This document shows, piece after piece, positions 26,968 to 40,178 of a stretch of 64,000 bases of DNA (position 1 is its first letter; every line of letters begins with the position of its first letter). Source of the stretch: Octopus vulgaris. Lineage: Eukaryota. A program made the position numbers and the translations under genes. The stretch covers positions 21,328,001 through 21,392,000 of the forward strand of contig OX597822.1 in assembly GCA_951406725.2 (NCBI GenBank), given 5' to 3'. The notes beneath the pieces were generated by a model. That model was given only the letters and a program-made list of their open reading frames with translations. It did not search any database and was not told where the DNA came from.

Positions 26968-28336
26968 TAAAAAATCTTAGGGTAGCAAAAAATATTTATA
27001 GAAAAATTCTTTGTTACCAGTGGTCTAGCAAGAAGGAAAAGTTTAGTCAATAGACTATATATTATTCATAGAAAAATACAGTGTACATTTAAACACATAA
27101 GAGATGACCAATAATAGGACATCTGACTCACTAGAAAGAGCAGTTAAAACTCCAAGCCACTAATAGTTGCAATTCTGAAAGGGAATGAAAAATAAAAGCA
27201 TTTACCCTATTTTTCCTGGACTATGCATAGTTTCTGCAATCTTACATGAATTAAAATAAAATAATTTTAATTTACAACTGGTTTTGCTTCGTCAGCAAGA
27301 TACCAGGGATCACATATAGACACGAGGCGATAAGTAACATGCCTCATGTCTATATGTTATAATCTTTTGAATCCTCCGTGCAAATGCAGAGCTATCCGGC
27401 AGTAAATAAATTGCCGATTTTCTTTCAAAATTAGCCAAAAACCTTTTATCATTAATTAAAATATCTTAGGGTAGCAAAAAATATTTATAGAAAAATTCTT
27501 TGCTACCAGTGGTCTAGCGAGAAGGAAAAATTTAGTCAATAGACTATATATTATTCATAGAAAAATACAGTGTACATTTAAACACATCTGACTCACTAGA
27601 AAGAGCAGTTAAAACTCCAAGCCACTAATAGTTGCAATTCTGAAAGGGAATGAATATAAAAGCATTTACCCTATTTTTCCTGGACTATGCATAGTTTCTG
27701 CAATCTTATCATCATCATCATCATTTAGCCTCCGCTTTCCATGATAGCATGGGTTGGACGGTTCAACTAGGGTCTGGGAAGCCAGAAGGCTGCACCAGGC
27801 CCAGTCTGATCTGCCAGTGTTTCTACGGCTGGATGCCCTTCCTAACGCCAACCACTCCGTGAGTGTAGTAGGTGCTTTTTACGTGCCACCCGCACAGGTG
27901 CCAGACAGGGCTGGCAAACGGCCACGGACGGATAGTGCTTTTTACATGCCACCGGCACGGAGACCAGTCGGTGCGGCGCTAAAATAATTTTAATTTACAA
28001 CTGGCGTTGCTTCGTCAGCAGGATACCAGGGATCACATATAGACTCGAGGCGATAAGTAACGTGCCTCATGTCTATATGTTATAATTTTTTGAATCCTCC
28101 GTGCAAATGCAGAGCTATCCGGCAGTAAATAAATTGCCAATTTTCTTTCAAAATTAGCCAAAAACCTTTTATCATTAATTAAAATATCTTAGGGTAGCAA
28201 AAAATATTTATAGAAAAATTCTTTGCTACCAGTGGTCTAGCGAGAAGGAAAAATTTAGTCAATAGACTATATATTATTCATAGAAAAATACAGTGTACAT
28301 TTAAACACATAAGAGATGTGATCCCTGGTATCCTGC
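26966..28336. repeat. Tandem array of a ~490-bp unit (about 2.3 copies), probably PLE-related
   Basis: Units start at 26966, 27455 and 28178 and are highly similar; unit 2 is interrupted by an RTE UTR (27709-27980); a related diverged sequence lies at ~4260-4345. Confidence 0.85.
27709..27980 (-). mobile_element. RTE-LINE 3' UTR inserted in tandem unit 2
   Basis: (ATC)n plus conserved UTR; absent from unit 1 at the homologous site. Confidence 0.88.
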
Positions 28337-28337
28337 G

Positions 28338-28582
28338 ACACGTAAAAGCACCATCCGTTCGTGGCCGTTGTGCCAGCTCTGTCTGGCACCTGTGCAGGTG
28401 GCACGTAAAAAACACCCACTACACTCGCGGAGTGGTTGGCGTTAGGAAGGGCATCCAGCCGTAGAAACACTGCCAAATCTGACTGGGCCTGATGAAGCCT
28501 TCCGGCTTCACAGACCCCAGTTAAACCGTCCAACCCATGCTAGCATGGAAAACGGACGCTAAATGATGATGATGATGATGAT
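28338..28582 (+). mobile_element. RTE-LINE 3' UTR fragment
   Basis: Conserved UTR with (GAT)n tail. Confidence 0.88.
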
Positions 28583-28758
28583 AAATAAATTAATTGTTAT
28601 CGCCATATTAATATGGCATTCTTATAGATATAAAAATAATCGCTGCCGCTGGTCAGCTCCATGAGGCCACCGCCTTAAGATAGCTATTGATACACGATCT
28701 GTATCCATTATAACCTTCGAACAAGGGAGGTCAGCCACTTCACACTGCCAGTTCGACA

Positions 28759-28800
28759 GCTACAGACGCGTTTCGGGGTATTGCCTCTTGTCAATGTAGC
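28759..28800 (-). ncRNA. Type-I hammerhead ribozyme motif, U3:A8 variant
   Basis: GCTACA-TTGACAA-GAGGCAATACCCC-GAAACGCGTC-TGTAGC; 6-bp stem I and palindromic ACGCGT stem III. Confidence 0.7.
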
Positions 28801-28974
28801 GCAGTCAGACCCCGCAGGTGTCGCCACTGACGTCTCTGTTCGAAGGCTTATATTTACCTAGTTTCAGTGGAATACATCCACTTGTTTTCAATAAGAGAAA
28901 TATTAAAATTACTAAGTCTCTATAAAAGAGATTACGACAGCGTTTATAGAGACTTAGTAATTTATAGAGACTGC

Positions 28975-29016
28975 GCTACATTGACAAGGGGCAATACCCC
29001 GAAATGCGTCTGTAGC
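28975..29016 (+). ncRNA. Type-I hammerhead ribozyme motif, U3:A8 variant
   Basis: GCTACA-TTGACAA-GGGGCAATACCCC-GAAATGCGTC-TGTAGC; perfect stems I and II, GUC site. Confidence 0.7.
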
Positions 29017-29464
29017 TGTCAGACTGGCAGTGTGAAGCAGCTGACCTCCCTTGTTCGAAGGTTATAATGGATACAGATCGTGTATCAATAGCTATCTTAA
29101 GGCGATGGCCTCATGGAGCTGACCAGCGGCAGCGATTATTCTTATATCTATAAGAATGCCATATTAATATGGCGATAACAAATAATTTCCAGTAAACGCT
29201 GTCGTAATCTCTTTTATAGAGACTTAGTAATTTTAATATTTCTATTATGTATATATATATATATTATTGTGTCTGGGGAGAGTCATTCTATTATAATGCC
29301 TTATTAATTAACACATTCTCTGGTTTGATTTCCACTCATTTACTTATTTATATTTTTCTAAGATATTCATTGCTTCTTGCAACCTCTTCAATAGTCATTG
29401 ACTCTGTCCATTATCGGAGCTGCATTCATTTTGTTTGTTTGTGCACATCTGTATATATGTTATT

Positions 29465-29863
29465 TTATTCTTTTACTTGTTTCAGTCATTTGACTGTGGC
29501 CATGCTGGAGCACTGCCTTTAGATGAGCAAATCGACCCCAGGATTTATTATTTGTAAGCTTAGCACTTATTCTATCGGTCTCTTTTGGTGAACTGCTAAG
29601 TTATGGGGGGCGTTAACACCAACTTCAGTGTCAAGTGATGGTGTGGGAGACACACAAATAGATACATATATATATGACACACAAATGCATACATATATAT
29701 ATGACAGGCTTCTTTCAGTTTCCGTTAACCAAATCCACTCACAAGGCTTTGCTTAACCTGAGGCTATAGTAGAAGACACTTGCCCAAAGTGCAATGCAGT
29801 GGGACTGATACCAGAACCCTGTGGTTGTGAAGCAAGCTTCTTAGACACAGCCACTCCTGCACC
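29465..29863 (-). mobile_element. tRNA-derived SINE (same family as 63063-63472)
   Basis: Reverse complement of the head (ACACAGCCACTCCTGCACC), body and CAGTCAAATGACTG tail. Confidence 0.88.
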
Positions 29864-29921
29864 TATATACATCTGAGTGTGGCATGTCTATCAACTATAT
29901 ATGTATATATATATATATATA

Positions 29922-30143
29922 AAGGAGCACTCCATCAGTTATGATGATGAGGGTCTCAGCTGGTACAATCAACGGAATAGCTTGCTCATGAAATTAACGT
30001 GCAAGTGGCTTAGCCCTCCACAGACATGTGTACCCTTAATGTTCTCAGCTGGCCCTTTGAAATACAGGTACTACTCAGTTTTACTAGCTGAGTGGACTGG
30101 AACAACATGAAATAAAGTGTCTTGCTCAAGTCACAATGCACCT
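29922..30143 (-). mobile_element. SINE 3' portion (CTTGAGCAAGACACTT core family)
   Basis: Minus strand reads GACTTGAGCAAGACACTTTATTTCA...CCAGTCCACTCAGCT; similar diverged pieces near 34330-34480 and 37855-37900. Confidence 0.6.
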
Positions 30144-30201
30144 TCACACACACACACACACACACGCATATATATATATCTGAATGTGGCATGTCTATCT
30201 G

Positions 30202-30233
<32 letters not shown>

Positions 30234-31399
30234 ATATATATATAAACAACTATACAGGAGTAAAATGGTATGTTAAATTGTATTTTTATGCCAACAAAAT
30301 TAAGTAAAATGTTGATAAATAGATTGATAAAATAATTATCAGGCAAAAATAAATTTGGTATGATTACATTAACCTTTTGTAGATGGTGCTCTGGCATAGT
30401 CATAGGACAATGATAAAAACACTAAAGCCCTATTCTGTAACTGTATGTGCACATGCACATTCCTATGGTGGTGCTATTAAGTTAGACATGGCCTGGACCA
30501 ATCTCTGGTCGAAACATATCTAAGTTTTATCTAAGTTTTATAGAAAATCTACAAAGTCATCAGACACCATAGAAATACAAATGAAGAAATGCAAAGCAAA
30601 TCCCAGCCACTGTAAACATTGATGCTGCTTCAGTTTCAACCTGGCTGGTTTTATTTTATGCCTTACCAGTCAGTTGGCATGCAAAGAACTGCAACAGATT
30701 AACCACACTGGAGGAAGCTTGCTACTGCATGCATCTCACAACAAAGGGGAACTTAAATCTCACTGATTTTATATACTGAATGGGACTGAACAAATGAGAG
30801 ACAAATGCTCAATTCATTTCATATATATGGATGATGAAAATGAATCTTCATCTTGCAGCTTGAGTTTCATGCCACTCTGATCTTCAGGCAATGTGTATGT
30901 GTATATAAATATGTGTATTTCAAAACCTGTAGATAAAAGTCATGTCATTTCCCTGCCATCACCTACTGCTATAATAGTTTGTACATCTTTTAACTAGCGA
31001 GTCATGTGACATTTCTCATTTTTCCATCGTCCTTTCTGTATCTCAGCACTGAAACCTTAACTAAACATTCTGTGCAATAGTTTGTCACCACAAACACAGA
31101 CTGATAAAGATAGAGAGAATCCCCCTGGATTCTATCCATCTTCATCAGTCACATCGATCTCCCCAGTCTAGGAATCACTGCAAAGATCATTGACACCTTC
31201 CACTTTACTGCTTAAGCAATAAAAATCAATTTGTGTGTAAAACATCATAAACATTAATCTCCAGACAATCTCACACTATTGCTACTCGTACTACTACAGC
31301 TACTACTACTGCTGCTGTTGCCACCACTGCTGCTGTTGCCACTACTGCTGCTTATCCCTCTCTACCACCACCACCATCATCTTTAAAGCAACAAATAGA

Positions 31400-32130
31400 A
31401 TACCTTGTCATATTGTTCTGATTCTTTACATTCTGAGTTCAAATACATCCAGGCAAAGTTTGTTTTCTGGATTTGGTAAAATATAATACCAGTCAAGTAC
31501 TGGGGTTGATGTAATTCCCCACCCTCTCTTACCAAATTTCTAACCTTATACCAAATATAGAAACAACTATTAAGAGCAGTGTCTTGGTGTTGTCATTAGA
31601 GTGTTGGAAAAAATGCCTTTCAGTATCTAGTTATACTTCATGTTTTGAGTTCAAATTAACTTTTGTCATTCTAGTTTCCAATACTGGGGTGATTTTAAAT
31701 GATTAACCCTCTCCTCAGAGATTTCTGGCCTTGAATCTATATAGTAGATTATTAATATTATTAGAGCAGTTAAGGTTGCAAACTGGCAGAATTTTTTAGC
31801 ATGTCGGACAAATTGTTGTCTTTCTTGTAACTCATTACGTTCTAAGTTCAAATTCTGCCATCCTTCCGGGGTCATTAAAATAAAGGACCAGTTAATTACT
31901 GGAGTTGGTGGTATTAAAGAACCTCTCCCATTAACATTGCTGGTTATGTGTCAAAATTAGAAAGGATATTGTTAGGACAGTGAATTGGTTGAAGTTTTGG
32001 ACAAAATATTTTGTTCTCTCTCTTTATATACTGAGTTCAAATACTTCTGAGGTCAACTTTGTCATTTGCTTTCAAGGACCAATGTTATCAACTGCCCTCT
32101 GCCTCCAAATCTGAAGCATTGCGTCTTTAT
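31400..32130 (+). mobile_element. Cluster of about 4 old, degenerate Nin-domain SINE copies in tandem
   Basis: Repeated TTCTGAGTTCAAAT...AGTACTGGGGT motifs at ~31430, 31645, 31840 and 32030. Confidence 0.65.
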
Positions 32131-33194
32131 CATAAATTATTATAATTATTATTTGCTCAGCTTTTCACAGGAATCCAATGAACAAGCTGGGGTAAAGGGT
32201 ATTCTAGGATATGTGGGTTTCTTTAATTGGTCCTTTATTGGGACACCCCAATATCCTTCCTACTATCAACCATTTTGCAGTATGACATAATGCATTCAAT
32301 CATGACACTTTCAGAGAGTTGTTATCTGCTAAGAAGATTCCACTATTTTGTACTGGTTTTTATTTAGAATTACTTCTCTCATTAATAGGATACCTCTACA
32401 GCAGCTTTTAGAGTACACATCTCCTTCCATTCCTTTTATCTTTTTGGTGATAAGATGAATATTTGAAAATTGAATATTTGACCTATGGTTCATTTTAGCC
32501 AATGTTATCATTGTTTTAATGTAGTTATTGATAAGTATTTTCAATAATCACCATGAAAATTTTGTATTTTATTTTTCCACAAGAAAATTCAGCTATAAAT
32601 TGAAATTATGTATGAAGATGAAGAAAAACTCCGATTGTTTTCTATAATTATTTTCCCCTTTTATTTACTAAACATATGAATTATTTATTACTTTGCATTC
32701 CTCTATTGATTCTGTTATGTTTGTCTATGACTTTTCTGCTAATATATTAATTAGTAACTCAAGAAAATACACTTCTTTTACTTTGGTATGCCTATTTTCT
32801 TTCATCTTCTCAGAACTTTCTACCAATATATAAATTAGTTACTCCAAAAATTGTACCATTTTTATATTAGTACAATTATTTTGGTTCTTTCTTCTGGAAG
32901 TTTCTATTAATATGTGAATTAATCACTCCAATGTTTATTGCATTTATACTGTAAGTACTTTCATTTGCCTTCATTTTTATTTATTTATTTAACACCACTA
33001 ATATGCAAATCCGTAATTTCATAATTTTAGAAGATGTCACATTACTTCCTGCTGCATTTTTATGTTTTTCCTCAATATCTAGGAATATAGATGAGTGATT
33101 AAGAAGTTCACTTTGCAGCCACAAGATTCTGGGTTCAATTCCACTGTATAACTTCTTGGGTAATTGTCATTTTCTATAGCTTCACATTGACTCT

Positions 33195-33600
33195 CATCAT
33201 CATCATTTACTGTCTGCCTTCCATGCTGGCATGGGTTGAATGGTTTGTCAGGAGCCTGCACCAGACTTCTGTGACTGTTATGGCAGGGTTTTTACAGCTG
33301 AATGCCCTTCCTAACACCAGCCATCCAAGCCATCCAGCAGAGCAGACTGAGCACTTTTTATGTAGCACCAGTACAAGTGAGGTCAGTTTGGCATGGTATT
33401 TTACAGCTGGATGCCCTTTCAAATGCCAACCACTTTACAGTGTGAACTGGATGCTTTTTATGTGGCATCAGCACTGGCAGGGTCAGCAAGTAACTTGCAA
33501 GACAAAAATCCTTTGGAGGAGGTGGTCTTGTGTCAGATGATGAAAGGTTATAGTGAGAAAGAGAGACAAAAACAGGTGACTTGTTGTACATGGTTACCTG
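33195..33600 (-). mobile_element. Diverged RTE-type 3' UTR
   Basis: (ATC)n, TTCCATGCTGGCATGGGTTG and duplicated TACAGCTG(G/A)ATGCCCTT segment. Confidence 0.7.
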
Positions 33601-33601
33601 G

Positions 33602-33654
<53 letters not shown>

Positions 33655-34884
33655 AAGAATGAGGACAGAAACAGGTGTGGTGCTATAGAGGAGATTCATT
33701 GTTACCCAACCTGAGGGAAGACCAGGAGAAGGAGAGAGAGAGAGAAAATGTAGGAAACAGCAAATATGCAAGAGGAAATAGGAGAAATGGTGGCAAAGTG
33801 TTGGGCATACTCACTAGGGATCAATACATAAATGAAATGGTTGAGTAAAAAAAGAAAGATATAGAGGGGGGCAAGTGTCAGGGCATACTCTTGAGGTACA
33901 GAGGTCATAGTATAAATGGCAGGGCATTGCCAAAGAAGCATGAGTAGAGAGTGTGGGAAGGGAATGCAATGAGTGGTGAAAACCTGGGTATATAGAGGGA
34001 TGTGGGGAGGGCTACTGGAGTGAACAGGACTGGGGAGTGAGAATAGCATAGTACATGAAAGAGGAGATGGGAGGAAGAGAAGAGATGTAGTTTGGTTTGT
34101 TGGGAAAGGGTTTCTGAAATTTTTTCTTGTTACATGTGTGTGGAATACACAACACTTCTAGAATTGAGTTTTGCTGATATGGGTAGGTCTTCTCAAGAAC
34201 TTCATATCACTAGACATCCCAGTCCATTGTCGTTTCCTCTTGTGGGTAAAACTGAACAGACAGAAATTGTCTAGAAGCCCATCAGGTGGGTTGTACTTGC
34301 AATTCAGTATGACATTCTTGGTCATATGATACTGTGTGAGAATTACTTCAAGGTCACACTTCTACCAGAGAATTACTTTAAGATTATACATGTTTGTGGA
34401 GTACTCAGACACTTACTCATTCAATGCACCTAATAATTCAGATGATCAAACAATTGGATCCTCATTGCTGAATGATAGAAATCCATCCATCTTACCCTCT
34501 GTTATCTAAATTAATAATATAGAAAATATTGCATTTTCGTATCAGAGAAAATATTTCCTTCTTCCTTATGAATAGTGAAGAATTAAAAAAAAACACATGC
34601 AAACACGCAATTAGCTTTTGCAGTATGGCTTTTGTATGTGCACATGTATGTGAATATCAGGGTATGTGTATGTTATCTGATCAAAATCTATACCTGTGAA
34701 ATGTTTAATTTTCACATTATATATCCCATATCAGTTTCATTTTATTTATTTATGTTTTTTTGGCATATAAATTTATTTAAGATTTCTTTGGTTTTCATCC
34801 TTAATTCTCTCTCTTTATGGTATTTATTCCAGAATTCAACTTATTCCTTAAAGAAATACAAAACTCCTTCTCCTCCTCTCTGCC

Positions 34885-34924
<40 letters not shown>

Positions 34925-35461
34925 TATCACTTATAATTTGTCATACATCAGTGTGTACTTGTATCTAAATCTGTACATATTTCTATCCATGTATTCATAT
35001 TTTCACATGGTTTGTGAACATAAATTGTTTTCACGTGTATCAATCTTAAATATGTATTTTAACCCAAACTTCAACAATTTCAACATGATTTTTTCAATCA
35101 AATAATTTACTTTAATGTATAAAGGGAGAAATAAATAGAATAGGCCAGAAAATTACAAATTTTGGAGAAAAGAATTTCCCAGTTGATTTATTCCTGTATT
35201 TATCTTTTAATGCATTTTACCTTTCTTATTTAGTTTCTATTTCATCATCATCATCATCATCATCATCATCGTCGTCATTATTATGTGTGTGTGAGTATGT
35301 AACTATGTGTGTGTGTGCATTGTTTGCCTTGTAATATCCAAGCTATTATTATTGAGATGCCAATAGCATTTTATTCATTTAAAACCTATTTAATATATCT
35401 TAATGCTTACAAAATTATCAAAGACATCATATATACACATATACACATATTTATATAAATT

Positions 35462-35504
<43 letters not shown>

Positions 35505-35616
35505 TTTGGTTTATATGTATGAGAGGAGTTGAAGATGCATGTATATTATATGTATTAATAAGTGTACATATTGTTTAAGTGTTTGTGTGTGGGGAAGAGA
35601 TAGGAGAAAGGATATA

Positions 35617-35677
<61 letters not shown>

Positions 35678-36917
35678 ATACATAGTATATATTTGAATAT
35701 GATTGGACTGTTAATTTAAATGTTTCATAATATATTTAAGCAAGAGATTTGCTGTGTATTTGAGCTGGATACATGTTTCAGTTTGTTGTAAAGAGAAGGA
35801 GGGACAGAATCCTTTGACAGATTAAATTCAGTGTACCTGATTTTTCTCTTGTACTTCTGCAGTTTGAAAGGAGAGAATTCCAAATAGGCGAGTTAGTATA
35901 ATGTGCAAATTGTTCAGTATTGGGTTTGTGAGGTGTCAACTAGAGTGGTTTTAGAGAGGTGAATGTATGAAGTAAGCTTTGAGCAGAGATGATACTCAGC
36001 TTACAAGTTCAGTGGAAAAGAATTCATTGCAGAGAGTTAGAAGTGGTTGGTATAATTTGAGATATATCAATGGTTAGTGAAGCCTTGTCTCTCAGCTGGA
36101 TGGCAGTTTTGAATATAACTATGCATGTGTTGGAGCACTACTATTGTTCAGATTCCAGATATGAGAAATTGCTTAATGTAGATTGTTTTCAAGATATGTA
36201 AAAGATCAAAAACTGAAAGATGAAATATACCTTTTCCTGTGAAGATGAAACATAATCTTTATGATGTAAATTTGGCGATATTACAATACTGCATTTTTCA
36301 CCTCTCTCAGATGAAGCAGTTGTTTTGCTTTCATCATTTAGTCAGTAAGTAAGGCAGTGTTCATGAAACTTTACAAGGTCTCTGAGACACATGACAGAGA
36401 ATGGAAGGTATTTTTCAGCCTGATATCTGGCACAAATGCTTGCAGTAGAGCAGACTCCACTAGAGGCAAACAAGAACCAGGATGTAGTATTAATCTGGGC
36501 AATGAATTCAGTCAGCCACCAATACAATAATCATAAAACAAACAGTTTTCCTTGTTTCTATTCATTGTCAGATTAAATAAAGTCGTTGAGAAAATCACCA
36601 CCTCACCAAAACATACACACTCTCTCTCTAAATAAGGGGGAAAATAAAACTTCCCTTTGGTTGAGAGGTCCATATATAATAGTGCAGAACCTCTGCTGGA
36701 TGGAATATTTGGCAGCACCATGATATAGTATAGGTTAGTGTGGTTTTATCACTTTACTGTAACTTTTATATTTTTCATTTTTAAGTAGCTAGCAATGGCT
36801 TCTAGCTGATGCAGCACTGAATATACCCCCACACACATGTATGTACAGTGTGTGGTATATTTGGACACACTCACACACACACACATGTATGTATAGTGTG
36901 TAGTATATTTGGACACA

Positions 36918-36974
<57 letters not shown>

Positions 36975-38202
36975 ATGTATAGTGTGTGGTATATTTGGAC
37001 GCACACACACACACACACACACATGTGCATGCACATATAATGTACATATTTAATATGTAACCTATTGTAAAATATTTGGCCAGATTCCTTGCTCTTGTTT
37101 GTTTTCTTTTAGTTGTGTTTGTGGTTTTGCCATGGTTTCCAGTTCCTATATTATTGTGGTACCGTTATTATATAAATAAACTAATTGAATAATGAAGTAA
37201 AACTTCTGAAACTAAAGTGGAAAATGAATAGCATTCGGTAACTTAATACTTTTTTTACATTTCACTCTCATGTTTTTATAACAATCATGGCTATTAAAGA
37301 ATTTTTATTTGAACGCAGTATTTCAAATCTAAACAATAATATATTACCATAGCAACAGTCGCTATAGAAACAATTCAACCTCTGCTTGATGAATGTCCAT
37401 GATTCTACAGCAGTGGATGAGATGAATGTTCAACAGATAACAGTTTATAACGGAAGTAACTTACATAATCACATTGTTTCCTTTATAGATATAGATATTG
37501 GTGTAATTAGGTACATTGCTTTATGTTTGATTAAAAACATAGATAAACATAATCAAACATTTTGGTTACATTAAATCATTCCCGTATTTTTGTTATGTTT
37601 GCATTAATATAAACAGGATATTACATGAACTTTGTTTACTAAGAGTTGTTAATGACTGTAGTTGCTCATAGCAATGGTAATTCCATCATCAAAATATAAA
37701 AGGGGCATTACCATGGCATTAGTATTAACATGATAAGTGTGATATGGCAGATAGGTTAAGAAGTTTGCTTTTGAGGTTTGAATTCGATCACCCTGTGTGA
37801 CATCTTGGACCAATATCCAAAGATCACAAGCTCAATTCTTGGACAGGAAACCTGCCATGTCCTTGAGCAAGGCACTTCCTTTCATGTTGCTTCAGTCTGC
37901 TGGATTGAAAATGAGTATCAGCCATCTGCTGATGCAGCCCTTTCTTTCTCTATCTGTCACTTCCTTTACATTCTGCTGAGTCAAAAAGGGGTGGAACTGA
38001 GACAGTGTTTAAATATGCTCATGGCTACATCTAAAACAATAAGTGAAAGCAAAGTATATGTAACCAAGTCATACTTGCTTCTAAGTGATGGGTATATTTT
38101 TCATATGTATATTCTGTATATGCATGCACGCACACACACACACACACACACACATTGATGGATTGCTTTCTTTTCATTTCTCTCTCTCTATATATATATG
38201 TG

Positions 38203-38233
<31 letters not shown>

Positions 38234-39273
38234 GTATGATATCTTTTGGTATACGCATGTGCATGCATGTACACAGAGTATACAAATATATGTGAACTAC
38301 AACAAATCATGAAGGTAAGGTGACCCAACAAAATGTTATGCACCAAATTATAATTCCTCTTTTCAATATATTGGTGCCATCAACATAATGATGGAATCAC
38401 TGAACCAGATTTCAGTTTGACACAACAAATGAAAAAGACACATCATAATCGTCTCTTATTTTTCCTGATTTAACCATTCTGGGTTGCTGTCTTCCATCAA
38501 TGATGTTAACATAGAGGACAAAATTCTTCTGTTTTGGATTTTCCTGGGACCAGAAATGCTTATAGGCAAAAGGGTTATGCTCAAGAGTACCTTTTCAGTG
38601 CAATGGACTGTTCTCACAAAATTTAGGCCAAAAAATCTTTGAACTTAAGTATGACACACGTACACACACAGGCACGCGCATACAGATGCATACACATGCA
38701 CAAGCCTGTTAGATAAATGGTTAGATGAATATTATTGAGACATTGATTTACAACCAGATGCCTTTCCTCATGCTAATCCTTGCCTGTTCTTAACTAAAGG
38801 TTTGAAGGCATAAAATGAGTGGATGATATTTTGATGAAAGAAAAACACCAACAAAGCAATGCATGAACATCATGACTTTTGAAAAAGCAAGTGGCACATG
38901 TAAGCAAATGCATACACACATGCATGCACACTCACATATGCATACACACACTCACACACGCACGCACACAGAGGACAGGGTTTTTTTTGGTGTCCATTTA
39001 ACAAATTCATTCACAAGATTTGGTTTGCTAAGGGTTATAGCAGAAGCACATACCCAGAGTGGCACATAGTGGGACTGGGTTCAAAATCACATGGCTGGAA
39101 AACAAACTTATTAACTACTAGCTGTACCTTTGCACCTAAACACAAAACTAGTGTAACATCATTTTAAGAAAATTTGCTATGAAATCAAACAGGATATTCA
39201 TGCTCTGTCTCTCTTCACTTTTCATATTTTCTGTTTATCAATTTCTTTACCTACTTACATTTGTTTGTTTGTT

Positions 39274-39305
<32 letters not shown>

Positions 39306-39542
39306 AATAAATACCAAGATAGTTGACTCTATTTTGTTAAAAATGTAGTGCAACAGTTGGCTCACACAGACAGTCAAGTTCTCTGCACCATAGAACTATG
39401 TTTAACACTATTTTTAACAGATCGATAATCAACTACTTTTAATGGAATTTGTTTTTGGCATAATCGTCTCTATTAATGCAGATCTTGAGAGGAACTTATG
39501 TAATATATAAGCAGACAATACTCACTCATTGGCTGATTACTT

Positions 39543-40178
39543 ATGATGGTTGCAGACCTTATGGGATCCTGACCACAAATCCTTATTTTGGTGCTGGATT
39601 TGGGCTGGTAGGTGTTGGAACTGGAATGGCAGCACTGCGGAAATTAAGTCAGTATGATCTGATCCTGCTGTGAAGAAACTACCTGATCAGCTGAGAGGTG
39701 CCGAGCTCGGACAAGAGCTACCAATGGTTGTTGCATTGGATCTCCAACCGAGCGTACAAACGTGCGCAGCATCTTAGCATTCACACCAAGTACCATCAAT
39801 CAGACACAGGTCGTGTCTTCATGTACTTTGACTTTGTGCCAAGCTGGTGATCACTTTTTCAAGCATAAAAAGGCAACTCGTTCAAAGTGGAGCGAAACTG
39901 CGAGAAAACAATGGGTGACTTCACGACGGGGACACCCTTTGAGACCATCCTGTTGATGGCTGTTAGGCAAAACAAACAACTGTTCATCGATATTCTGGAT
40001 GAGGTATGAGCAATTGCACTCAAGGAGGGCAGGACAGTCATGTACACACCGATGGGTGCTGAATGGTGACAGCTGGGGTACCTGAAGCGCAAATGTCCCT
40101 TGCACTCTGTCATTCTTGATCATGGCATTTCAGAAGGAATATTAAAAGACATCAATGAATGAATTCATTGCGAGCCAT
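39543..40178 (+). pseudogene. BCS1L: BCS1 (mitochondrial chaperone BCS1/BCS1L) pseudogene, N-terminal ~210 codons
   Basis: Piecing frames together gives [22 protein letters not shown]...[16 protein letters not shown]...[25 protein letters not shown]...FKVERNCEKTMGDFTTGTPFETI...NKQLFIDILDE...EGRTVMYTPMGAEW*QLGYLKRKCPLHSVILDHGISEGILKDINEFI, collinear with BCS1L; several TGA stops and frameshifts; ends before Walker A. Confidence 0.93.

Larger units (their letters stand above)
28594..29181. repeat. 213-bp inverted repeat (PLE pseudo-LTR type), each arm carrying a hammerhead motif
   Basis: 28594-28806 is the reverse complement of 28969-29181 with few mismatches; a second ~50-bp inversion pairs ~28897-28945 with ~29194-29243. 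Confidence 0.92.

Noticed and set aside
27275-27297. Hammerhead at minus-strand CTGACGA in the tandem units
   Set aside because: There is no GAAA, stem II or matching stem I in either copy
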